Positions 1-11,405 are shown, counted from the stretch's first letter. The stretch: 64,000 nt of DNA from Escherichia coli (GCF_965641715.1 NZ_OZ282453.1); one strand, 5' to 3'. Translations and numbers: made by a program. The notes: a model not told the origin generated them from the sequence alone.

Positions 1-1060
1 GGTCGTACTGATGGCGGGCCTGCAAGGTGCCGGTAAAACAACCAGCGTTGGTAAACTCGGTAAGTTCCTGCGCGAGAAGCACAAGAAGAAAGTGCTGGTG
101 GTTTCTGCCGACGTTTATCGCCCGGCGGCAATCAAACAGCTTGAGACGCTGGCAGAGCAGGTGGGCGTTGATTTCTTCCCTTCTGATGTTGGTCAGAAGC
201 CGGTAGATATCGTTAACGCGGCGCTGAAAGAAGCCAAACTGAAATTCTACGACGTGCTGCTGGTGGATACCGCTGGTCGTCTGCACGTTGACGAAGCGAT
301 GATGGACGAGATCAAACAAGTCCATGCGTCGATTAACCCGGTTGAAACCCTGTTTGTGGTTGACGCCATGACCGGTCAGGATGCGGCCAATACGGCAAAA
401 GCATTCAATGAAGCGTTACCGCTTACCGGCGTAGTGTTGACCAAAGTGGACGGCGATGCCCGCGGCGGTGCGGCGCTCTCTATTCGTCACATCACTGGCA
501 AACCGATCAAGTTCCTCGGTGTTGGCGAGAAAACTGAGGCGCTGGAGCCGTTCCATCCGGACCGCATCGCGTCGCGTATTCTCGGCATGGGCGACGTACT
601 GTCGCTGATCGAAGATATCGAAAGCAAAGTTGACCGCGCGCAGGCAGAGAAATTAGCCAGCAAGCTGAAAAAAGGTGACGGCTTCGATCTCAACGACTTT
701 CTTGAGCAGCTGCGCCAGATGAAAAATATGGGCGGCATGGCTAGCCTGATGGGCAAGCTGCCGGGCATGGGGCAGATCCCGGATAACGTCAAGTCACAGA
801 TGGACGATAAAGTGCTGGTGCGTATGGAAGCCATCATCAACTCGATGACGATGAAAGAGCGCGCTAAGCCAGAAATCATCAAAGGTTCGCGTAAACGCCG
901 TATTGCTGCCGGTTGCGGTATGCAGGTGCAGGACGTTAACCGTCTTCTGAAACAGTTCGACGACATGCAGCGCATGATGAAGAAAATGAAGAAGGGCGGA
1001 ATGGCGAAGATGATGAGAAGCATGAAGGGGATGATGCCGCCGGGATTTCCTGGTCGCTAA
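1..1060 (+). CDS. ffh: Signal recognition particle protein Ffh, C-terminal ~352 aa (5' end outside window, frame continues from nt 2)
   Basis: SRP54 GTPase motifs GLQGAGKTT, DTAGR, TKVDGD and Met-rich M domain; synteny with rpsP-rimM-trmD-rplS. Confidence 0.95.
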   Translation, partial: VVLMAGLQGAGKTTSVGKLGKFLREKHKKKVLVVSADVYRPAAIKQLETLAEQVGVDFFPSDVGQKPVDIVNAALKEAKLKFYDVLLVDTAGRLHVDEAMMDEIKQVHASINPVETLFVVDAMTGQDAANTAKAFNEALPLTGVVLTKVDGDARGGAALSIRHITGKPIKFLGVGEKTEALEPFHPDRIASRILGMGDVLSLIEDIESKVDRAQAEKLASKLKKGDGFDLNDFLEQLRQMKNMGGMASLMGKLPGMGQIPDNVKSQMDDKVLVRMEAIINSMTMKERAKPEIIKGSRKRRIAAGCGMQVQDVNRLLKQFDDMQRMMKKMKKGGMAKMMRSMKGMMPPGFPGR

Positions 1061-1118
1061 ATGACCTTATGCGACAGAGTTATTAACTGCTGATTGCATT
1101 TTCTCCAGAAATCAGTAA

Positions 1119-1445
<327 letters not shown>

Positions 1446-1463
1446 TCTGTCACGGTGGTCATG

Positions 1464-2012
1464 ATGAGCAAACAACTCACCGCGCAAGCACCTGTTGATC
1501 CCATCGTTTTGGGAAAAATGGGTTCGTCTTACGGTATTCGTGGGTGGCTCAGAGTGTTTTCTTCCACCGAAGACGCCGAAAGCATTTTTGACTATCAGCC
1601 CTGGTTTATCCAGAAGGCGGGTCAGTGGCAGCAAGTCCAGCTGGAAAGCTGGAAGCACCACAATCAGGACATGATCATCAAGCTGAAAGGCGTTGACGAT
1701 CGTGATGCGGCGAACCTGCTGACGAATTGTGAAATTGTCGTGGATTCATCGCAGCTGCCTCAGCTTGAAGAGGGGGACTACTACTGGAAAGACCTTATGG
1801 GCTGCCAGGTAGTAACCACTGAAGGCTACGATCTCGGTAAAGTCGTCGATATGATGGAAACCGGATCCAATGACGTTCTCGTCATTAAGGCAAACCTGAA
1901 AGATGCGTTTGGTATCAAGGAACGTCTCGTACCGTTCCTCGATGGGCAGGTTATCAAGAAAGTCGATCTCACTACTCGTTCAATCGAAGTAGATTGGGAT
2001 CCTGGTTTTTAA
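1464..2012 (+). CDS. rimM: 16S rRNA processing protein RimM
   Basis: ORF 1455..2012; [18 protein letters not shown]... matches the remembered 182-aa RimM from ATG 1464. Confidence 0.9.
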
Positions 2013-2042
2013 ACCACCGGATAAACGGTAAAAGACGGCGCT

Positions 2043-2810
2043 ATGTGGATTGGCATAATTAGCCTGTTTCCTGAAATGTTCCGCGCAATTACCGATTACG
2101 GGGTAACTGGCCGGGCAGTTAAAAATGGCCTGCTGAGCATCCAGAGCTGGAGTCCTCGCGACTTCACGCATGACCGGCACCGTACCGTGGACGATCGTCC
2201 TTACGGCGGCGGACCGGGGATGTTAATGATGGTGCAACCCTTGCGGGACGCCATTCATGCAGCAAAAGCCGCGGCGGGTGAAGGCGCAAAGGTGATTTAT
2301 CTGTCACCACAGGGACGCAAGCTTGATCAAGCGGGCGTCAGCGAGCTAGCAACGAATCAAAAATTGATTCTGGTGTGCGGTCGCTACGAAGGTATAGATG
2401 AGCGCGTGATCCAAACCGAAATTGACGAAGAATGGTCAATCGGCGATTACGTTCTCAGTGGTGGTGAGTTACCAGCAATGACGCTGATTGACTCCGTTTC
2501 CCGGTTTATTCCGGGAGTACTGGGACATGAAGCCTCGGCAACGGAAGATTCCTTTGCTGAAGGATTGCTGGATTGCCCGCACTATACGCGGCCTGAGGTG
2601 TTAGAAGGGATGGAAGTTCCGCCAGTGTTACTGTCGGGCAACCATGCCGAGATACGTCGCTGGCGTTTGAAACAGTCGCTGGGCCGTACCTGGCTTAGAA
2701 GACCTGAACTTCTGGAAAACCTGGCTCTGACTGAAGAGCAAGCAAGGTTGCTGGCGGAGTTCAAAACGGAACACGCACAACAGCAACATAAACATGATGG
2801 GATGGCGTAA
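2043..2810 (+). CDS. trmD: tRNA (guanine37-N1)-methyltransferase TrmD
   Basis: 255-aa [16 protein letters not shown]..., operon position. Confidence 0.95.
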
Positions 2811-2848
2811 GCCCCCGAGATATCAGTTTACCCAGGATAAGAGATTAA

Positions 2849-3199
<351 letters not shown>

Positions 3200-3227
3200 G
3201 ATTTCGCTTAAGCGACATCCTGTTAAG

Positions 3228-3258
3228 AAGGGCTGGCCAATTGGCTGGCCCTTTTTTT
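3228..3258. terminator. Intrinsic terminator after rplS (convergent with yfiB)
   Basis: aagggctggccaattggctggccc hairpin followed by T7 run. Confidence 0.7.
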
Positions 3259-3275
3259 ATCTGTTTGCTCGTGTT

Positions 3276-3758
3276 TTAAGGGGTAGTAATCACCACTGCG
3301 ACGCGGCGGTTCTCGGCGCGGCCCTGGGCGGTCTTGTTACTGGCTATGGGATATTTTTTTCCTAAACCCTGTGCGGTGAGATTGCTGCGCGGAATTTGTC
3401 CACCCTTAGCCCATGCATCGGCCACGACATTCGCCCGTTTCAATGATAAGCCTTCGTTGTAACTGTCTTCACCATAGTTATCGGTGTGTCCATCCATACG
3501 GGCATGTGTTAGCCCTGTCGAGGCCAATTTGGCTGCCATGGTTTGGATCTGTTGCTGGCTTTCCGGGAGCAATTTGTAGTCATTTTTTGCGAACAGAATG
3601 GCATCTGATAAGCCCAGCGACCAGTCGCCGGCGGATTCAGTAAATCCATAAGATTGCATAGCGGCGACTTGCTCAGGAGTAAACTTTCCCTGAGGGGACT
3701 GGCAGCCAGTCAGTATTAGTGAGGTGAAAATCAGGGGTGCTACCAGGTGCTTTATCAT
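3276..3758 (-). CDS. yfiB: OmpA-family outer-membrane lipoprotein YfiB
   Basis: Lipobox LILTGCQ and OmpA-like C-terminal domain (GHTDNYG..., NRRV); yfiRNB operon. Confidence 0.9.
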   Translation of the reverse strand: MIKHLVAPLIFTSLILTGCQSPQGKFTPEQVAAMQSYGFTESAGDWSLGLSDAILFAKNDYKLLPESQQQIQTMAAKLASTGLTHARMDGHTDNYGEDSYNEGLSLKRANVVADAWAKGGQIPRSNLTAQGLGKKYPIASNKTAQGRAENRRVAVVITTP

Positions 3759-3773
3759 ATCGATATATCCTTG

Positions 3774-5000
3774 TTATCTCACCAGCTTTTCGGCACGCTG
3801 GTGTTTGGCCTGATACATATTGTGATCGGCAAGCTCTTGTAATTTTTCCGCAGAGGCGTGCTCAATGGTCATCGCGTAACCAATGCTTAATGTCATGGTG
3901 GTCTGATGGCCATTATTAAGATCAAACGGGAGATTAAAGATTTGTGTCAGTGCTGAGCATATCTGCTGCACTTCAGATTCCGACTGTACATCATAGAGCA
4001 CCATAGCGAATTCATCGCCGCCCAGGCGGTATGCTTTATGTCGCAGCCCGCCAAATTCAGCTAACCGTTTTGCGATTTCAATCAAGACTCTATCGCCCGT
4101 CGCATGACCCCAGGTATCATTGATATATTTGAAATTATCGCCATCAAGAAATAGTAACGCCGACGTTTTTCGGGCATCGGAATTGTTCATCAACGTATTG
4201 ATGCCGCTACGAAACGCTGCGCGGTTAGCCAGCCCGGTTAATGGGTCATGTAGCGCGGTACGCAGAAGCTGCGCATTTTTGGCCTGTAAACGAAGCTGCC
4301 ACTCTTCCATTTCATCCAGCAGACTGTTGAAGTCGAGAGCGAAGCGGTGAAACTCAGCGATACGTTCTTCCGAAACTCGTCGGGAAAAATTGCGGTTGGA
4401 ACGCACATCATGTACGACATCGGTGATATTTTTCAGTGCTTCCACCAGGCCATTGTGCAAATGGCGGGTGAGGGTAATTGCGATTCCTGATGCCAGCAGA
4501 ATACAACCGGTCAGTACGGCGAGCGAAAACCAGATAAAATGGCTGATTGAACTGTCGCGAGCGGTTAAGCGTACTTCGCCAATGGTTTCACCATTGTGAC
4601 GAATCGGCTGAATGATGGGGGCAGGGAAGAGCCAGTGGCTTATGAAATTGCTGAAAGTATCGCCTGGATCCTTACGGGTGTAATGCCAGGATGCCAGAAT
4701 ATTTTGCTGCTTATCACGTACTTCTGCAGTTGAAAATTGCCCTTGCTGGCCCAGCGCTGCCAGTGTTTCAGTTGCTGCAGGGCCATCGGCAAAAACGACA
4801 GCTGCTTCCAGACTGTAAGTCATTGTTGCTGCTGTCAGTGCCAGGTTTTTTTGCGCGTACTGTTTCAGGGTCAGCACCGAGGTCACGGAAAGCAGCAACC
4901 AGATCAGCATCATAGTGATAAATATGCTGGTCATACTGATGTTGCGTAATGCTCTTTTAAACGTGGGGCGCTTATTAAGAGAATTATCGTTATCCATCAT
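3774..5000 (-). CDS. dgcN: Membrane diguanylate cyclase DgcN (YfiN)
   Basis: 408-aa ORF with TM segments, HAMP-like linker and GGDEF motif ([10 protein letters not shown]). Confidence 0.9.
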
Positions 5001-5508
5001 TTTTCTTCCGTGCGAGCATTAAGACATCCGGGTTGACCTTTACACCGCTACGCGATAAGGCATCCAGGTTTACGGCAAATCTGACGTCATTATTGTGGAT
5101 GATTAGACAAAAGGCGCTACCAATAATGCACTCGGTATTTTGTTCGGCAATTAATAATAACGCCTTTGACGGATATTGTTCGGTTAATTCCATCTGGAAT
5201 GTCGGTGACTCGTTGCCAAAATAAAAACCATTGCAGCCTGAAATCATCGCCTCTTGTTGAGTGTGAATGATGACAGGCAGATAAGGCAAAGATGTCGCGG
5301 CATTCTCTTGTAGGGCGGTACTAAAACGTGAAGATGAAAAGATACATAACTTTGGTGGCCCTGATAGCGCAGGCCAGCGGGTGTAACTGACAATACCGGA
5401 AACCATCATACGCACGTTTTTCGCAACGTCAGAAGGCTCCTGAGCGAGTATTGGTGCTCCCGTCAGCAGGAGAATCAGAAGTAAGAACAGTCGGTGAGAA
5501 AAACGCAT
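4990..5508 (-). CDS. yfiR: Periplasmic DgcN inhibitor YfiR
   Basis: 172-aa ORF with signal peptide; overlaps the dgcN start. Confidence 0.85.
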
Positions 5509-5657
5509 TCAGGGATCCCCACCATCTTCGCTCGAAATGCATCGATATTTTTTCAGAATGCTCATTAAAATATCATTATTTCATGCGGTCGTCATCATTG
5601 TGAGAAATAAAACATAATGAGTAAAATCTTATGTTTAATTTATTTGTGGGGTTTTAA

Positions 5658-6023
5658 TTAATTTAATCGTATTGCGCTGGCATTTTCATCAGCCCCTTTT
5701 TGCCATACTTCATGCAGTTGGCTGGCATTTTCAACATTGTTGCAGCTGGCAGGAAAGCTTTTACCGGAAAGTCCTCGGGCATAAGTAAAATCGGTCTGGC
5801 AAGTTTTCTTTTGTCCTTCGGCATATCCTTTAAGGTATAGACCGCGATCCGCCTGTGAATCGCTAAATGCATCGTCATCTTTTATGGCGCTGCCCGATAT
5901 CGCATCTTCCATACCAACATCATACCAGTCGGTGCTGGTCAAGGTTGGCGCGTGAGTATAAGGATCAATCTGGCATCCGCTAACCAGTAAAGCCAACAAG
6001 GGGGCGATAAACTTTTTCATCAT
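5658..6023 (-). CDS. yfiL: Lipoprotein YfiL
   Basis: MMKKFIAPLLALLVSGCQ lipobox; start at ATG 6023 preceded by aaggag. Confidence 0.8.
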   Translation of the reverse strand: MMKKFIAPLLALLVSGCQIDPYTHAPTLTSTDWYDVGMEDAISGSAIKDDDAFSDSQADRGLYLKGYAEGQKKTCQTDFTYARGLSGKSFPASCNNVENASQLHEVWQKGADENASAIRLN

Positions 6024-6068
6024 TTCTTTCTCCTTTTTCAAAGCATAGCGGATTGTTTTCAAAGGTGG

Positions 6069-6161
6069 TGTAAATTTATCTATACAGAATCAAGGATTGA
6101 AAGCGCGAATAAATTGCTTATGTAAAGAAAAATGTACGAAATATGGATTGAAAACTTTACT
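6069..6161 (+). promoter_or_regulatory. Three TyrR boxes of the aroF-tyrA control region
   Basis: TGTAAATTTATCTATACA (6069-6086), TGTAAAGAAAAATGTACG (6121-6138), TGGATTGAAAACTTTACT (6144-6161) fit TGTAAA-N6-TTTACA. Confidence 0.7.
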
Positions 6162-6232
6162 TTATGTGTTATCGTTACGTCATCCTCGCTGAGGATCAAC
6201 TATCGCAAACGAGCATAAACAGGATCGCCATC

Positions 6233-7303
6233 ATGCAAAAAGACGCGCTGAATAACGTACATATTACCGACGAACAGGTTTTAATGACTCCGGCACAACT
6301 GAAGGCCGCTTTTCCATTAAGCCTGCAACAAGAAGCCCAGATTGCTGACTCGCGTAAAACCATTTCAGATATTATCGCCGGGCGCGATCCTCGTCTGCTG
6401 GTAGTATGTGGTCCTTGTTCCATTCATGATCCGGAAACTGCTCTGGAATATGCTCGTCGATTTAAAGCCCTTGCCGCAGAGGTCAGCGATAGCCTCTATC
6501 TGGTAATGCGCGTCTATTTTGAAAAACCCCGTACCACTGTCGGCTGGAAAGGGTTAATTAACGATCCCCATATGGATGGCTCTTTTGATGTAGAAGCCGG
6601 GCTGCAGATCGCGCGTAAATTGCTGCTTGAGCTGGTGAATATGGGACTGCCACTGGCGACGGAAGCGTTAGATCCGAATAGCCCGCAATACCTGGGCGAT
6701 CTGTTTAGCTGGTCAGCCATTGGTGCTCGTACAACGGAATCGCAAACTCACCGTGAAATGGCCTCCGGGCTTTCCATGCCGGTTGGTTTTAAAAACGGCA
6801 CCGACGGCAGTCTGGCAACAGCAATTAACGCTATGCGCGCCGCCGCCCAGCCGCACCGTTTTGTTGGCATTAACCAGGCAGGGCAGGTTGCGTTGCTACA
6901 AACTCAGGGGAATCCGGACGGGCATGTCATCCTGCGCGGTGGTAAAGCGCCGAACTATAGCCCTGCGGATGTTGCGCAATGTGAAAAAGAGATGGAACAG
7001 GCGGGACTGCGCCCGTCTCTGATGGTAGATTGCAGCCACGGTAATTCCAATAAAGATTATCGCCGTCAGCCTGCGGTGGCAGAATCCGTGGTTGCTCAAA
7101 TCAAAGATGGCAATCGCTCAATTATTGGTCTGATGATCGAAAGTAATATCCACGAGGGCAATCAGTCTTCCGAGCAACCGCGCAGTGAAATGAAATACGG
7201 TGTATCCGTAACCGATGCCTGCATTAGCTGGGAAATGACCGATGCCTTGCTGCGTGAAATTCATCAGGATCTGAACGGGCAGCTGACGGCTCGCGTGGCT
7301 TAA
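6233..7303 (+). CDS. aroF: Tyr-sensitive DAHP synthase AroF
   Basis: [24 protein letters not shown]... 356 aa from ATG 6233 inside ORF 6164..7303. Confidence 0.95.
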   Translation: MQKDALNNVHITDEQVLMTPAQLKAAFPLSLQQEAQIADSRKTISDIIAGRDPRLLVVCGPCSIHDPETALEYARRFKALAAEVSDSLYLVMRVYFEKPRTTVGWKGLINDPHMDGSFDVEAGLQIARKLLLELVNMGLPLATEALDPNSPQYLGDLFSWSAIGARTTESQTHREMASGLSMPVGFKNGTDGSLATAINAMRAAAQPHRFVGINQAGQVALLQTQGNPDGHVILRGGKAPNYSPADVAQCEKEMEQAGLRPSLMVDCSHGNSNKDYRRQPAVAESVVAQIKDGNRSIIGLMIESNIHEGNQSSEQPRSEMKYGVSVTDACISWEMTDALLREIHQDLNGQLTARVA

Positions 7304-7313
7304 GAGGTTTATT

Positions 7314-8435
7314 ATGGTTGCTGAATTGACCGCATTACGCGATCAAATTGATGAAGTCGATAAAGCGCTGCTGAATTTATTAGCGAAGCGTCTGGAACTG
7401 GTTGCTGAAGTGGGAGAGGTGAAAAGCCGCTTTGGACTGCCTATTTATGTTCCGGAGCGAGAGGCATCTATGTTGGCCTCGCGTCGTGCAGAGGCGGAAG
7501 CTCTGGGTGTACCGCCAGATCTGATTGAGGATGTTTTGCGTCGGGTGATGCGTGAATCTTACTCCAGTGAAAACGACAAAGGATTTAAAACACTTTGTCC
7601 GTCACTGCGTCCGGTGGTTATCGTCGGCGGTGGCGGTCAGATGGGACGCCTGTTCGAGAAGATGCTGACACTATCGGGTTATCAGGTGCGGATTCTGGAG
7701 CAACATGACTGGGATCGAGCGGCTGATATTGTTGCCGATGCCGGAATGGTGATTGTTAGTGTGCCAATCCACGTTACTGAGCAAGTTATTGGCAAATTAC
7801 CGCCTTTACCGAAAGATTGTATTCTGGTTGATCTGGCATCAGTGAAAAATGGACCATTACAGGCCATGCTGGCGGCGCACGATGGCCCGGTACTGGGGTT
7901 ACACCCAATGTTCGGTCCGGACAGCGGTAGCCTGGCAAAGCAAGTTGTGGTCTGGTGTGATGGACGTAAACCGGAAGCATACCAATGGTTTCTGGAGCAA
8001 ATTCAGGTCTGGGGCGCTCGGTTGCATCGTATTAGCGCCGTCGAGCACGATCAGAATATGGCGTTTATTCAGGCACTGCGCCACTTTGCTACTTTTGCTT
8101 ACGGGCTGCACCTGGCAGAAGAAAATGTTCAGCTTGAGCAACTTCTGTCGCTCTCTTCGCCGATTTACCGCCTTGAGCTGGCGATGGTCGGGCGACTGTT
8201 CGCTCAGGATCCGCAGCTTTATGCCGACATTATTATGTCGTCAGAGCGTAATCTGGCGTTAATCAAACGTTACTATAAGCGTTTCGGCGAGGCGATTGAG
8301 TTGCTGGAGCAGGGCGATAAGCAGGCGTTTATTGACAGTTTCCGCAAGGTGGAGCACTGGTTCGGCGATTACGCACAGCGTTTTCAGAGTGAAAGCCGCG
8401 TGTTATTGCGTCAGGCGAATGACAATCGCCAGTAA
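7314..8435 (+). CDS. tyrA: Chorismate mutase / prephenate dehydrogenase TyrA
   Basis: 373-aa ORF; N-terminal chorismate-mutase helix plus GGGGQMG NAD-binding site. Confidence 0.95.
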   Translation: MVAELTALRDQIDEVDKALLNLLAKRLELVAEVGEVKSRFGLPIYVPEREASMLASRRAEAEALGVPPDLIEDVLRRVMRESYSSENDKGFKTLCPSLRPVVIVGGGGQMGRLFEKMLTLSGYQVRILEQHDWDRAADIVADAGMVIVSVPIHVTEQVIGKLPPLPKDCILVDLASVKNGPLQAMLAAHDGPVLGLHPMFGPDSGSLAKQVVVWCDGRKPEAYQWFLEQIQVWGARLHRISAVEHDQNMAFIQALRHFATFAYGLHLAEENVQLEQLLSLSSPIYRLELAMVGRLFAQDPQLYADIIMSSERNLALIKRYYKRFGEAIELLEQGDKQAFIDSFRKVEHWFGDYAQRFQSESRVLLRQANDNRQ

Positions 8436-8442
8436 TAATCCA

Positions 8443-8470
8443 GTGCCGGATGATTCACATCATCCGGCAC
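8443..8470. terminator. Bidirectional hairpin between convergent tyrA and pheA
   Basis: gtgccggatg / catccggcac perfect 10-bp stem. Confidence 0.7.
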
Positions 8471-8477
8471 CTTTTCA

Positions 8478-9638
8478 TCAGGTTGGATCAACAGGCACTA
8501 CGTTCTCACTTGGGTAACAGCCCAATACCTTCATTGAACGGGTGATTTCCCCTAACTCTTTCAATGCTTTTTGCATTTCCGCTGATTCAAGATTGGCCTG
8601 AATATCCAGATAAAACATCTCTTCCCATGGATTACCGTGAATCGGGCGTGATTCCAGACGGGTCATAATCAGATTGTGGTTGCGCAGTACCAGCAACGCT
8701 TCAACCAGCGCACCGGCTTGTTGCCCGGTCGCCATTAACAACGTCGTTTTCGCCGGAACCTGATCAGACACGTTAATGGCTTTACGCGCCAACACCACAA
8801 ATCGGGTGAAGTTTTGTCGCTGATTCGCTTCAATCCGCTCCAGTACCTGCAAACCGTACAAAGTGCCGCCAGCTTCGCTTCCCAACGCAGCAACATGCGG
8901 TGATTTTGCCTGTGCAACCTTTTCCATTGCCGCAGACGTACTTTCGGTATATTCAATCTTCCAGTGCGGATAACGATTAAGGAATTTGCTGCATTGCTGG
9001 AATGGCTGCGGATGGCTGTAGACCGTATTGATGGTGGATAAATCAGTAGTGCCGGAGACCAACAAACAATGGTCGATAGTTAACGTCATCTCGCCAACAA
9101 TCGACAAGCTGGTATGTTGCAGCAGATCGTAAACGTCATTTATGGCACCGGAGCTGGTATTTTCAATCGGTACGACGGCATAGTCGGCCTGGCCGGTTTC
9201 CACCTGATTAAAAATATCGGCAAATTTGGCGCAGCCACTTTCAATGAATTGCTCAAAGTGACGGGCAGCATACTGGCGCGCCGCAAGATGGGAATAAGAA
9301 CCTTTGGGGCCGAGAAAAGCGATGCGTGCTGAGTGCGGATTAATTTTATTGAGATGTTGTTGGAGCAAAGCCTGCTGAGTTAATACGGAATCTTCAATGA
9401 TGAGCTGGAACAGGCGAGTAATGTAATGGGCGTCCAGATGGTGCGCTTTACCGAGCGTAATTAATCTTTCCAGTAAATCGCGTTCACGATCAATATCACG
9501 TACCGGGCGATGCGAGAGCAGTTTGGCTTTTCCCACCTCGACGGCCAGTTCGCGCCGCTCTGCGAGTAATGCTAATAATTTTTCATCCAGCGCGCTGATT
9601 TTCTCTCGCAGCGCCAGTAACGGGTTTTCCGATGTCAT
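8478..9638 (-). CDS. pheA: Chorismate mutase / prephenate dehydratase PheA
   Basis: 386-aa [25 protein letters not shown]... Confidence 0.95.
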
Positions 9639-9661
9639 AGTGTTGCCTTTTTGTTATCAAT

Positions 9662-9690
9662 AAAAAAGGCCCCCCGATTTGGGAGGCCTT
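9662..9690 (-). terminator. pheA attenuator terminator
   Basis: Minus strand reads aaggcctcccaaatcggggggcctttttt, between pheL and pheA. Confidence 0.8.
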
Positions 9691-9736
9691 ATTGTTCGTC
9701 TTCGCATTCTGTTTCATACGACGAAACGCCTCCCAT

Positions 9737-9784
9737 TCAGGGGAAGGTAAAAAAGAATGCGAAGAAAAACGGTGTGTGTTTCAT
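9737..9784 (-). CDS. pheL: pheA leader peptide PheL (15 aa, below the ORF-track cutoff)
   Basis: Minus strand atgaaacacacaccgtttttcttcgcattcttttttaccttcccctga = [15 protein letters not shown] with 7 Phe codons. Confidence 0.9.
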   Translation of the reverse strand: [15 protein letters not shown]

Positions 9785-9840
9785 GTTTGTTTCCTTAAGT
9801 GACTTTAGTACAGTACCCGTACTGTTTTCACGCTGTCAAC
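9785..9840 (-). promoter_or_regulatory. pheL-pheA promoter region (-35 TTGACA at 9834..9839)
   Basis: Minus strand gTTGACAgcgtgaaaacagtacgggTACTGTACTAAAgtc upstream of pheL; the -10 choice is ambiguous. Confidence 0.6.
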
Positions 9841-9865
9841 AAAAAACGCGCCCGAAGGTGCGTTG
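9839..9865. repeat. attL core
   Basis: acaaaaaacgcgcccgaaggTgcgttg; 26/27 identical to 45803..45829. Confidence 0.85.
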
Positions 9866-9866
9866 T

Positions 9867-9912
9867 AAAACCCACTGAATTCAATGTTTTCCCTTTGTTT
9901 TCAGTGGGTTTT
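9867..9912. terminator. 13-bp inverted repeat hairpin downstream of int (candidate bidirectional terminator or P' arm element)
   Basis: aaaacccactgaa (9867-9879) / ttcagtgggtttt (9900-9912); a third aaaacccact copy lies at 9943-9952. Confidence 0.5.
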
Positions 9913-9951
9913 GTTATTGGTGGGGGGTACTGATTACCCTATAAAACCCAC

Positions 9952-10941
9952 TTATGTGGATGAAATGTGGATGCCTCCTTTTAACGGATTAAGTGAAATT
10001 GCATCCTGGAGGAAATCAGGAGCGAGGTGCGCATAGGTCATAGTTTGCTGGATCGTGGCGTGCCCCATAATTCGCTGGAGCGTAAGTATATTTCCTCCAT
10101 TAATCATAAAGTGAGCTGCAAAGGTATGGCGTAGAACATGTACTGCCTGCCCTTTTGGTAGATCAGGTTTAACACTGCGAAGCACCTTGCGATATTCCTC
10201 ATAATTGACGTCAAACAAAAGGCCGGATTTCTTTGTTTTGATCTCGCTAACAACTTCATCAGAGACAGGAATAATTCGAACTTTTCCGTTTTTAGTTTTG
10301 TTAAACGTCACGCGGTTATTGATGATGTGTTCCGCGCGCAGATTTTTCGCTTCTCCCCATCTCGCACCAGTACTGAGACAAAGTAGCGTAATCCGCCGGG
10401 CATCACCGCTTACTGCATCCAGTAATTTGGCAATTTCTTCCGTGGTGAGATACGTCATTTCGGGTGATTTTCGTTTCAAAGAGGGGAGGGCGCGGAGCGG
10501 ATTTTCTCCGTGAAATTCCCCGGCATTTGCCAGGAGTGTAAACATTCCTCCGAGATCCGACTCATCACGCCGAACAGTAGACTCTTTTACTCCCAAAGAT
10601 AAACGGGAGCTTCGATAAGCGGCCATGAAACGAGCATTAATCTGGCTAACCCTTGGATCATTCATTTCTTTGATGATTTTTTTCAACCTGGTTAGAACGC
10701 CGTTAGCATATGGCTTATTGCGTCCACCCAATTCCCACCATAACGGAAGCAGATCTGAGAGATGACGTTGCTCTGTTGGCTTTTCAAGCCATTCCTTATC
10801 GTGCATGTGGCTGAGAACATAACGCTCAAAGGCCACTGCATCTGCCTTTTTCTTAAAAATCCGCTGAATCCGACGTCCACTTCGGCCACGCGGTCTAACA
10901 TCCACTTTATACCGTCCACCATCGAGTGCTTTAATTGCCAT
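9952..10941 (-). CDS. int: Tyrosine recombinase / phage integrase
   Basis: C-terminal catalytic motifs (ARWGEA..., HVLRHTFAAHF, GHATIQQTMTYAHL); ATG 10941 has a ggaggg RBS, while the ORF-track start 10974 has none. Confidence 0.9.
   Translation of the reverse strand: MAIKALDGGRYKVDVRPRGRSGRRIQRIFKKKADAVAFERYVLSHMHDKEWLEKPTEQRHLSDLLPLWWELGGRNKPYANGVLTRLKKIIKEMNDPRVSQINARFMAAYRSSRLSLGVKESTVRRDESDLGGMFTLLANAGEFHGENPLRALPSLKRKSPEMTYLTTEEIAKLLDAVSGDARRITLLCLSTGARWGEAKNLRAEHIINNRVTFNKTKNGKVRIIPVSDEVVSEIKTKKSGLLFDVNYEEYRKVLRSVKPDLPKGQAVHVLRHTFAAHFMINGGNILTLQRIMGHATIQQTMTYAHLAPDFLQDAISLNPLKGGIHISST
9954..9973 (+). repeat. Candidate Int arm-type sites (2 x ATGTGGATG, 11-bp phasing)
   Basis: atgtggatg at 9954-9962 and 9965-9973; matching TGTGGA pair near attR (45743-45762). 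Confidence 0.45.
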
Positions 10942-11007
10942 TGGCAAGCCCTCCGGTGAAACGAGGAAAGACATTTCCAGTTTGTAAAACGTAAGAATAA
11001 TAAAGGG

Positions 11008-11310
11008 TTAACCAATTTTCCTTTCGGATGGGGGTAAATCCGTTGGTTCTTGCCCATAGTGTGCGAGAGCCGGAGCTATCTGCCCGGATTCAGGCGCAAT
11101 TTTTCCAGTCATAAACCACAACGCATATTTCTCAAATCTGGGGTTGTTTAGTATTTGCTCAATTACTTCAGCATTAGGGATAGTTTTACCGCTTTCATAT
11201 CTCCACAGAGCATCACGGTTTAAACCAAGCATTTTTGCTGTATCCGGGAGGCTAGTAAGTCTCTCGCTTTCACGCATGATTTTTATGCGCTCTCCAATAG
11301 TCATACGCAT
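11008..11310 (-). CDS. C: P2 C-type immunity repressor (HTH)
   Basis: KYALWFMTGKIAPESGQIAPALAHYGQ closely matches the remembered P2 C; ~100 aa from ATG 11310 (the ORF-track start 11325 is TTG). Confidence 0.85.
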   Translation of the reverse strand: MRMTIGERIKIMRESERLTSLPDTAKMLGLNRDALWRYESGKTIPNAEVIEQILNNPRFEKYALWFMTGKIAPESGQIAPALAHYGQEPTDLPPSERKIG

Positions 11311-11358
11311 GTTGCAATTCTCCAACGTCTGTATTAATGTTTATACAAATGAGTTTGA

Positions 11359-11390
11359 TTTGGGGCATCCGTCGCAAGAAATACCCCAAA
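11359..11390. promoter_or_regulatory. 10-bp inverted repeat in the C/cox switch region (candidate operator)
   Basis: tttggggcat (11359-11368) / ataccccaaa (11381-11390), 9/10 complementary, 12-bp spacer. Confidence 0.35.
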
Positions 11391-11405
11391 CAGGGAGATT
11401 ATCAC

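Noticed and set aside
10692-11057. 121-aa minus-strand ORF bridging the int start and the C repressor stop
   Set aside because: It is out of frame with, and overlaps, two well-supported genes, and has no RBS.
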